Source: Rhodobiaceae bacterium
GTDB lineage: Bacteria > Pseudomonadota > Alphaproteobacteria > Micropepsales > Micropepsaceae
Length of the DNA: 33,539 nucleotides
Direction of reading: 5' to 3'
Assembly (NCBI GenBank): GCA_009885515.1
Contig: VFKO01000354.1
Coordinates: forward strand, 1-33,539
Shown: positions 16,355 to 23,457 of the stretch, one piece after another
How positions within the stretch are numbered: the stretch's first letter is position 1
Layout of the letters: each line of letters opens with the position of its first letter
Translations under genes and position numbers: made by a program
The notes under the pieces: generated by a model
Seen by the model: only the letters and a program-made list of their open reading frames with translations
Databases searched by the model: none
What the model was told of the DNA's origin: nothing

Positions 16355-16798
16355 CTAGCCCACCGTCAGCTTGAGGTATTTGATCGTTGAGGCCGGTAGC
16401 ACGGCTTTGTTTTTCGCGAACCACTTCTCACCGCCGGGTGAAGAGAACGTTTGCCTGTATGCGGGTAACACCCAGTTCTCTAATAAGTCGTTGTTGATTG
16501 CGTCGTTCTCCGCCGCGTAGATGACATTCTGCAAATTGTGCCATTGGCGTGACATGAGCAGATCGAACACAATTTGCTCGCCCTCGAAAAGTTCAGCCGA
16601 CCCCTGAAGTCCTTTGATCCAGGTTTCTGCGTCGGAGCCCATGTATACGGGATCGAAGGCGCGATCACGAGCAGCCGACACTTCCAGTGCGGTGTTCAGT
16701 CTGGTTTGCCGGTTGCCTTCGCGCAGTTGCATCGCAACGAAAAGAAGCGAAACGACAATGGCAGTTGCCGGCACTGCGTCGCTGATTGTGCTGATCAA
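16355..16798 (-). CDS. hypothetical N-terminally anchored small protein (possibly disrupted; see finding)
   Basis: 147-aa ORF from TTG 16798 with one N-terminal TM helix, AVPATAIVVSLLFVAM. An SD-preceded ATG at 16810 lies in the same frame but is separated from the ORF by a TAA at 16799-16801. I recognise no family. Confidence 0.5.
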   Translation of the reverse strand: MISTISDAVPATAIVVSLLFVAMQLREGNRQTRLNTALEVSAARDRAFDPVYMGSDAETWIKGLQGSAELFEGEQIVFDLLMSRQWHNLQNVIYAAENDAINNDLLENWVLPAYRQTFSSPGGEKWFAKNKAVLPASTIKYLKLTVG

Positions 16799-16837
16799 TT
16801 AAAGGGACATGACGCTAGCCTTCCGGTTGAGTTCTGA

Positions 16838-16923
16838 GAATTAAGGGGACGCAATACTTAATTGACATGCGCCTCCAGCAGGTGCAAGCTCCTGTCGCGC
16901 CAGAATGATTTGACACGATTTCG
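16838..16923 (-). promoter_or_regulatory. right arm of the 86-nt inverted repeat; upstream/leader element of the 147-aa gene
   Basis: It is the reverse complement of the left arm (72/86). It ends 27 nt before ATG 16810. The equivalent hairpins, on plus-strand coordinates, are ACATGC-N7-GCAGGT at 16865-16883 and AATTAAG-N10-CTTAATT at 16839-16862. Confidence 0.7.
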
Positions 16924-17141
16924 CTGATCATGCCAATGTCTCTAGCCAACTCGTGCCGCCAACCGCTCGGACCTTCGAAAATACGGCGGCAAGCTATTGG
17001 ACTGCACCCTTCCCGTGAGACACGGAAATTGGGAGGCAGGTTGGCCGTCGCGGGATTGCTGCGGCTTTGTGTAAAGACGTAAAAGCAATGATCCGGCGAA
17101 GCAGAAGCGGGCGGTGGTGGTGCGTCAAACGCGAATGCCCA

Positions 17142-17324
17142 TCAAACGCGAATGATCGTGTCGCTGTAACGGGCAACCTGATCGTCATGGGTCACGAGCC
17201 GCAGGGGCTCGCAAATGGCCTGAGCAACCAGCAATCGGTCAAACGGGTCGAAATGATGCACCGGCAGGTCCTCGACGGGAATATGGTGACAGGTTACCTC
17301 TCGCCGCATTCCATCCTTTTTCAC
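17142..17324 (-). pseudogene. 5'-truncated PIN-domain (VapC-like) toxin fragment
   Basis: The 60-aa ORF ends ...LPVHHFDPFDRLLVAQAICEPLRLVTHDDQVARY, which matches the C-terminal third of COG3744-type PIN toxins (HH.DPFDR.L.AQA). About 70 N-terminal residues and any antitoxin gene are absent. An in-frame stop lies at 17352-17354. Confidence 0.6.
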
Positions 17325-17453
17325 GCGGGCTAACGGGGCGCACCCCGACCCTCAAGGCCGCGCCAGCTTTTTCACGATGTCAAGCACGAGAACATGTAGG
17401 GAGAAAAATGGCATTGCCGAGAGGGGTATTGTGCGGGGACATAACGAAAAGTG
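17317..17453. repeat. direct repeat copy B (core 17317-17387)
   Basis: Matches 14352-14423. It starts inside the 5' end of the PIN fragment. Relative to copy A it carries an insertion of about 45 nt between GAACAT and ATAACGAA. Confidence 0.8.
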
Positions 17454-17540
17454 TTTCGTTGTGGGTCACCTTGCCGTATTTGGCGGTTAGGCCGAAATTG
17501 ATGAGTTTCACGTAGTCTGTACCAGTTCCGGGGGAAAGCC

Positions 17541-20500
17541 ATGAGCTGGAAAATTGTGGCAGGATGGATGCTAGCAGCTGTTTGGGCTGCAGAGTTCGTC
17601 ACAATGGTATCGCTCGACTCCTTTGGAGTGGTCGTTGCAGATGCGCAACTCGAAGCCCTTGTCGACTCTGTTGCAGTTGGGGCGTTTTCGCTTTGCGCAT
17701 ATTTGGCTTTGCTGATGATCGACCGGCGCAGCATGAAGCTCATCCGTGCTGGTGATTGGTACAATGGGCTTGTGATCGTATTGACGGTCATTGGTTTTGA
17801 AAGTGTGTTTCATCCACTTTCAGAAAACGTATCAACGCTTTTCACGAATGAAGTAAGTGTGGAATTGGTAAATTCCGTCTTGCTGGCGATTGCTGTAGCC
17901 TGTGTATGCGCATGGATACACGCTATCGATCAGCGTGTTACGGAACTCGTTCCAAGCAGAAAAGTATTTTTGAAGAAAGCCGGACCAGCGGTGCTCATTG
18001 GCGTGCTTGTCAGTGCCATATGCGTTTCCTCAGTGGCAGCATTGCGTGAAGTCAATCAGCGCATGTTTTCCCATGAAGTGGGTCTGGGGGCAGCGCTTGG
18101 CGATGCTGTTGCACATCAACGTGAAGCAAGTCATTCGGTCGGGCGTGCCGCGCTGATGTCCCTACAGACCGGCGGGGGCAGTCTGCCGTTCGTAAATGCA
18201 ATGGGCGCCGCGGGCGGGCGCGCATCAATTACACAAAATCTTGCTGCCGAGTATTTTCGTCGAAATGAAAGTGAACTGCAGAAGCTGGTTCGTCGGCCAA
18301 GTCTTGCATCCTTTGACAGGGCATGGGGGCAGGTGGTGGACTCCGCGCGAGTTTTTAGCACAGCTGGGGAAACTTCTAAGCGCGAAGCTGCCTTAGCATT
18401 GCAGTTTTCCATCGACGAGTTTGCATATAGCGCCAATGCTATGCTCAATTCGATCGCCATTCTTGAAAGTCGGCGCGCCGTTCACCACGGCTCTGTCATC
18501 GGGGAAATAGCAAACGGCGTCCTTGTCTTCCTGATGGCGGCGGGATTGCTGCTGCCATTGCTTCGCCTTACGGGTGCGCAAATGAGCAGGCTTGGCGCAT
18601 CGTTGAGCGACGCGCAACGCTTGAATGGAAATTTGGCGGCGTACAAACGTGCGCTGGACGAGCATGCTATTTTTTCCGTGACAGACCAGCGCGGCAAAAT
18701 TCTGCAAGCCAACGAGCATTTCCTGGCGATTTCGAAATACACGCACGAAGAAGTCATTTCTCAAAACCATCGAATCGTATCGTCCGGCATGCATGGGCCA
18801 GATTTCTTTGCAGGGATGTGGAAGACTATTTCGCGCGGCGATACCTGGCGTGGCGAGGTTTGTAACCGGGCGGTTGACGGTTCGCTCTATTGGGTTGATG
18901 TTTGCATCACGCCATTGATGGGAACGGATGGTACGCCGGAACAATATGTGTCGATCGGTTATGATATCACCGAACGCAAAGGCGCAGAGGAGCGATTTGA
19001 ACGTAAAATCAAATTGTCGCGTGCCATCGAAGCGATGCGCTCTGAGTTCATGGTGCATGACTCCGTTTATGCCACTTTGACGCCTGTACTGAATGAAATC
19101 AACGCTGTCATGGGTTCGAATGCCTCTCTTGTGGTGGAGTTGGCTCGAAACCGTGAAGGGTGCGCCTCGGCATTGATGCTCGGCCATAGCAAGAGCGAAA
19201 GAGCCGGCGATGATGCATTAACGGGCACACAACCTCGACTGACTAACCCGGAAGGACAGCACGAACTTATCGAAGAAGCGCTAAGCCTGGGTGAGATGTT
19301 TGGCGGTCTTGGCGCAAAGCAATTGGGCGCGGACGAGTTTACAGGGTTTCCCATTGCAGTGGGTTTCGATCCTGTGGGCTTATTGCTGGTCTCTGGTGAC
19401 ATTGATCGGGTGTTGTTCGACGATGAGATCACGATAACGGTGAATGCGCTCGCAGAAATAGTGTCCGCGCGCCGGGAATCTGACCGTCGGCGTGCGGACG
19501 AGGAGGGAACCAAGAAACTTGCCAAGCGCGATCCTTTGACCGGCTTGGGCAATCGACGCGATTTGGAGGAGGAATTTGAGTCTCGCACCGACCATCCGGA
19601 CGCGCAGTTTGGGTTGCTGCTGATCGACCTTGACCGGTTCAAACCTATCAACGACACGTTTGGTCATTTGGTGGGTGACACTGTTCTTCGAGTTGTGGCG
19701 GAGCGGCTCGTCGCGATGGCCAAAGGCGATTATACTGTGTCGCGCATCGGCGGTGACGAGTTTGCGATTCTCACTGAATCGCATGCGGTCTTGAATGAAC
19801 ATCAGGCGCTTGAACTGGCAAGGCGCGTAATTGAAGAATTATGTGCGCCAGTCCAATGCGGGCAATATGAGGTGTCGGTGGGTGCTTCGGTGGGCGTGGC
19901 TCTTTACCCTCGGCACGGTCACACCTTTCAAGAGATTTTCCATTGCGCCGATGCTGCAATGTATCGGGCCAAGGAGAACAGATCCGAAGCAAAGATGTTT
20001 GATGCTTCTATGGATGAAGGCATACGACACCGTGCGGAACTTGAAACTGACCTCAAGCGGGCGCTGGAGCAGGACGAAATCGTTCCCTATTTCCAACCGT
20101 TCGTCGATCTTTCGAGTGGCAAGGTTGTTGGTCATGAAGTGCTTGCACGCTGGACACATTCTGTTCGCGGTGACGTGGCACCGTCTGAATTCATAAAAAT
20201 TGCGGAGGAGGCGGGGCTCGTTGATCGCTTATTCTGGCAGATACTGAGCCGTGCCTGCAAAATGCATGTATCGGGAAGGCACAAAACCACTTTGTCGGTG
20301 AATTTGTCACCCACGCAAATCAATAATCCGCTTTTTGCAAGGCATTTGATTGAACAGATCGAACAACTTGGATTTCCTGCCAATCTTCTCGAAGTAGAAA
20401 TTACGGAAACGTCGATGATCGGCGACCTCAACCGGGCGCGGCCGCTGTTGTTGCTGCTGAAGAGTTGCGGCATTCAGATCGCGCTTGATGATTTTGGCAC

Positions 20501-20807
20501 GGGTTATTCATCACTTGCACTTCTCAGGAGTCTGCCGATCTCGAAGCTCAAGATTGACCATTCGTTCACTGCAGATCTTGAAAGTCAAGACGCAACGCGC
20601 GGTACGATCATCGACGCGATTTTGGGCATTGCCAAGGCGATGCATCTCAAAGTCACGGCGGAAGGGATCGAGACTCCTGAGGTCGCAGATTACCTGCGTG
20701 CGCAAGGTTGCCACTATGGCCAGGGCTATTTATTCTCGAAGGGCGTGCCTCAGATTCTGACTGAGGTAAGTGAGGGCGGGCCGACTGCGTGGCGCAATTC
20801 AGCTTAG
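17541..20807 (+). CDS. membrane sensor with PAS, GGDEF and EAL domains (c-di-GMP cyclase/phosphodiesterase)
   Basis: 1088 aa. The N-terminal 340 aa or so hold several TM helices and an extracytoplasmic helical region. The PAS domain reads IFSVTDQRGKILQANEHFLAISKYTHEEV...YDITERK. The GGDEF domain reads DPLTGLGNRR...IDLDRFKPINDTFGH...RIGGDEFAI. The EAL domain reads HEVLARW, SVNLSP, EVEITE, DDFGTGYSS, KIDHSF, AEGIET and GQGYLFSKG. Confidence 0.9.
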   Translation: MSWKIVAGWMLAAVWAAEFVTMVSLDSFGVVVADAQLEALVDSVAVGAFSLCAYLALLMIDRRSMKLIRAGDWYNGLVIVLTVIGFESVFHPLSENVSTLFTNEVSVELVNSVLLAIAVACVCAWIHAIDQRVTELVPSRKVFLKKAGPAVLIGVLVSAICVSSVAALREVNQRMFSHEVGLGAALGDAVAHQREASHSVGRAALMSLQTGGGSLPFVNAMGAAGGRASITQNLAAEYFRRNESELQKLVRRPSLASFDRAWGQVVDSARVFSTAGETSKREAALALQFSIDEFAYSANAMLNSIAILESRRAVHHGSVIGEIANGVLVFLMAAGLLLPLLRLTGAQMSRLGASLSDAQRLNGNLAAYKRALDEHAIFSVTDQRGKILQANEHFLAISKYTHEEVISQNHRIVSSGMHGPDFFAGMWKTISRGDTWRGEVCNRAVDGSLYWVDVCITPLMGTDGTPEQYVSIGYDITERKGAEERFERKIKLSRAIEAMRSEFMVHDSVYATLTPVLNEINAVMGSNASLVVELARNREGCASALMLGHSKSERAGDDALTGTQPRLTNPEGQHELIEEALSLGEMFGGLGAKQLGADEFTGFPIAVGFDPVGLLLVSGDIDRVLFDDEITITVNALAEIVSARRESDRRRADEEGTKKLAKRDPLTGLGNRRDLEEEFESRTDHPDAQFGLLLIDLDRFKPINDTFGHLVGDTVLRVVAERLVAMAKGDYTVSRIGGDEFAILTESHAVLNEHQALELARRVIEELCAPVQCGQYEVSVGASVGVALYPRHGHTFQEIFHCADAAMYRAKENRSEAKMFDASMDEGIRHRAELETDLKRALEQDEIVPYFQPFVDLSSGKVVGHEVLARWTHSVRGDVAPSEFIKIAEEAGLVDRLFWQILSRACKMHVSGRHKTTLSVNLSPTQINNPLFARHLIEQIEQLGFPANLLEVEITETSMIGDLNRARPLLLLLKSCGIQIALDDFGTGYSSLALLRSLPISKLKIDHSFTADLESQDATRGTIIDAILGIAKAMHLKVTAEGIETPEVADYLRAQGCHYGQGYLFSKGVPQILTEVSEGGPTAWRNSA

Positions 20808-20970
20808 CATTTTGAAGGCTTGCAATGCTTTGGTAGCTGTATTGGTGTCAGAGTCGGCTTGACAGCAAGAGCGGCGTCACACGCAAATCAGTTGAGTGTG
20901 ACCTGGGAAGGCACATTCTAGGGACATGTCACCATCCAGGCCTCGCCGTCCGTCTCCCCAACCAACCTCC

Positions 20971-21555
20971 CTACCGCGTAAACGCCCGCCCCGGCACGAG
21001 TTCGCCTTCAGGCCCCAGCCGCCCGACATAGCACCGGTTGAAGGCGCCGCAATATGTGTAGTACATCGCCACGCGATTCCCGCGCCGGTCGATCCAGTAG
21101 CAAAGCTCGACACCCCAGCCGACCTTTGGAATAGTCTGGCACAGATCACCCTCGCCATCGATGCGCCAGGTTCCGTACTCGACATAGCCAAGCGCTTCGA
21201 TGGAGGCGTGCGGCACGCGCGCACCAAGTTTTTGGAAATGGGCCTCTAGCTTGCCGCCCGCCATGTAATAAATCTGCCAGTAAAATTCCGAGCGTTGCCC
21301 GACATCGGCCGGCGCAGAGCCGTCGGCAAACCCTTCGGTGCCACGCAGCGTGTGATTGGTGAGCCAGTCCCGCAAATTTCCACGCCGGCCAATAACGGTG
21401 ACGCGTTCCGTCGGCCAATCAGATCTGGACTTCGGCTGTTCACTGGAGCCCTTCGGCTTTGTTTCCGCAGCGGCTGAAAGCCCGATTGAAAGCGCAGCCG
21501 CACATCCCATCGCAAGGCATGCGGCAAAAACTATTCGTGCTGATCTGGCTTTCAC
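20971..21555 (-). CDS. hypothetical secreted protein
   Basis: GTG 21555 has GAGG 9-10 nt upstream and gives the signal peptide (M)KARSARIVFAACLAMGCAAALSIGLSAAA|E. The mature part is W/Y/G-rich with 4 Cys. The ORF opens at TTG 21564. I cannot assign a family. Confidence 0.55.
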   Translation of the reverse strand: MKARSARIVFAACLAMGCAAALSIGLSAAAETKPKGSSEQPKSRSDWPTERVTVIGRRGNLRDWLTNHTLRGTEGFADGSAPADVGQRSEFYWQIYYMAGGKLEAHFQKLGARVPHASIEALGYVEYGTWRIDGEGDLCQTIPKVGWGVELCYWIDRRGNRVAMYYTYCGAFNRCYVGRLGPEGELVPGRAFTR

Positions 21556-21693
21556 GGCTGACAAACCTCAATGCTGACACTCAAATTGGAGTGGATCAAA
21601 GTTTCCGCTTCTTGGCAAAGCGCAATTGCGCCTGGCGATTTAGCCCACCATTTTCAATCAGCAATCTGATATTGGTAGTGCAGTTTCGACTCA

Positions 21694-22956
21694 ATGGGGA
21701 CTTCAGTGGATTTTCCGCCGCAACTCCAAAGCGCCATCGGACTGGGCGTGTTCGTTTTTATCGGTTGGGCTCTGTCCGAGAACCGGGCCGCCTTTCCGTG
21801 GACCCTGGTGGCCGTTGGAATTACCTTGCAAATAGGCCTGGCAACCCTTTTCCTCGGCGTTCCCTTCATGCGCGACGGCCTGCTCTCGCTAAACGTCCTG
21901 GTCGATGCCATCCAGTCTGCAACCGCCAAAGGCACATCCTTTGTCTTCGGGTTCACCGGCGGCGGCCCGGCTCCGTTTGCGGTCACCAACCCCAATTCGA
22001 TCATAACAATTGCCTTCACTATTCTCCCGATCGTCATCGTTATGTCAGCACTTTCCGCCCTGCTTTGGCATTGGCGCATTCTGCCCGTCGTCGTGCGCGG
22101 CTTCGCCTATGCCCTGGAGAAGAGCATGAAGATCGGCGGCGCGCTGGGCCTGGGGTGCGCCTCCAATATTTTTCTTGGCATGATCGAAGCCCCGCTGCTC
22201 ATTCGTCCATACCTGGAAAAAATGACACGCAGCGAGCTCTTCACGCTGTTGACCTGCGGCCTGGCAAATGTCGCAGGCACAGTTTTGGTGCTTTACGCAA
22301 CCATCCTTGAGCCGGCCATTCCAGGCGCATTGGGACATATCATTGTGGCGTCTCTGCTGTCGTTGCCCGCATCAATTTTGTTGTCGAAAGTGATGATCCC
22401 CGGCACCGAAACGACGCCAGCCGACCTCGGCACCAAGCCGCTCTATCGCTCGACCATGGACGCTATTTCCACTGGCGCTGAGGATGGTATGAAAATGTAC
22501 CTCAGCATTATCGCCATGCTCATCGTGATGATCTCATTGGTAGCGCTGGCAAATATTGCCCTCGGGCATATTGAAGTTGCCGGCGCGCCACTGAGTTTTG
22601 AACGGGCAATCGGCTGGATATTCGCCCCCATAGTTTGGCTGATCGGTGTCCCGTTCAGTGATGCAGCAGTGGCCGGCAGCCTCATGGGCACCAAAACCAT
22701 TCTCAACGAACTCATCGCCTACCTCAATCTTGCCGCATTGCCGGGCGATGCTTTGACTGAACGCTCGAAGCTGCTCATGCTCTACGCCATGTGCGGCTTC
22801 GCCAACCTTGGATCTGTCGGCATGATGATCGGCTCAATCAGTGCGCTCGCGCCCTCCCGCCGGGACGAAATCGTCGAACTGTCGCTCAAATCCATCATCC
22901 CGGGAACCTTGTCCACTTGCATGACGGCCGCAGTCGTCGGATTGTTGCCGGGATAG
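21694..22956 (+). CDS. nupC: NupC/CNT family nucleoside transporter
   Basis: 420 aa and polytopic. The N-terminus GLGVFVFIGWALSENR, the central GFTGGG...TILPIVIVMSAL, and the C-terminal CGFANLGSVGMMIGSISALAPSRR are characteristic of concentrative nucleoside transporters. Confidence 0.8.
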   Translation: MGTSVDFPPQLQSAIGLGVFVFIGWALSENRAAFPWTLVAVGITLQIGLATLFLGVPFMRDGLLSLNVLVDAIQSATAKGTSFVFGFTGGGPAPFAVTNPNSIITIAFTILPIVIVMSALSALLWHWRILPVVVRGFAYALEKSMKIGGALGLGCASNIFLGMIEAPLLIRPYLEKMTRSELFTLLTCGLANVAGTVLVLYATILEPAIPGALGHIIVASLLSLPASILLSKVMIPGTETTPADLGTKPLYRSTMDAISTGAEDGMKMYLSIIAMLIVMISLVALANIALGHIEVAGAPLSFERAIGWIFAPIVWLIGVPFSDAAVAGSLMGTKTILNELIAYLNLAALPGDALTERSKLLMLYAMCGFANLGSVGMMIGSISALAPSRRDEIVELSLKSIIPGTLSTCMTAAVVGLLPG

Positions 22957-22959
22957 ACC

Positions 22960-23340
22960 ATGTCAAAATCACTCGCCAGATTGCAGTCGTGGATGCTTTG
23001 GATCGCAGGCGTGCTTGCAATTCTGGGTTCCATCGGTCTCGCAAGTCTTCCGCTGAAAATTCTGTTCCTCTCGGCCAATATCCTGATGCCCATCGTGGGG
23101 CTGCTGTGTTTGGGTTCGGCCTTCATCGTCAGTGAGCGCGCCACAATCGATGTCAAAGACCCATCGCTGTCACGCCGTGTACGGATTTGGGCATTGATCA
23201 TTTTGGGCATATTGAGTTTTATCTCCATTCTGCCCATAATCGATTTGCCGGTTCAGTTGCCTTTTCTGCGCCTGGATATGTTGATGCTAATCATTGGATT
23301 CGGCTGTCTTTTCTTCGCCTATATCGGCACCCGCACCTGA
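22960..23340 (+). CDS. hypothetical small membrane protein (4 predicted TM helices)
   Basis: Its ATG lies 3 nt after the nupC stop. The 126-aa protein is hydrophobic. I recognise no motif. Confidence 0.5.
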   Translation: MSKSLARLQSWMLWIAGVLAILGSIGLASLPLKILFLSANILMPIVGLLCLGSAFIVSERATIDVKDPSLSRRVRIWALIILGILSFISILPIIDLPVQLPFLRLDMLMLIIGFGCLFFAYIGTRT

Positions 23341-23457
23341 CAAAACACAAAAATAAACAATTCGTGTATGAACCGCTCTTGAGTCCGTGCGCTTAATGCC
23401 GCATTAGCCCGCATCGAATACAATCCCATCCAAAAGACGGTTTCAGGAGTGCCGAGT

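Noticed and set aside
14719-16923. The inverted arms read as terminal inverted repeats of a transposon or IS, or as an invertible (phase-variable) segment.
   Set aside because: There is no transposase, integrase or invertase inside or nearby, and no direct target-site duplication outside the arms. Instead, the flanks continue the inverted similarity. The arms are 86 nt at 84% identity rather than short conserved termini. Inversion would not change which leader faces which gene.
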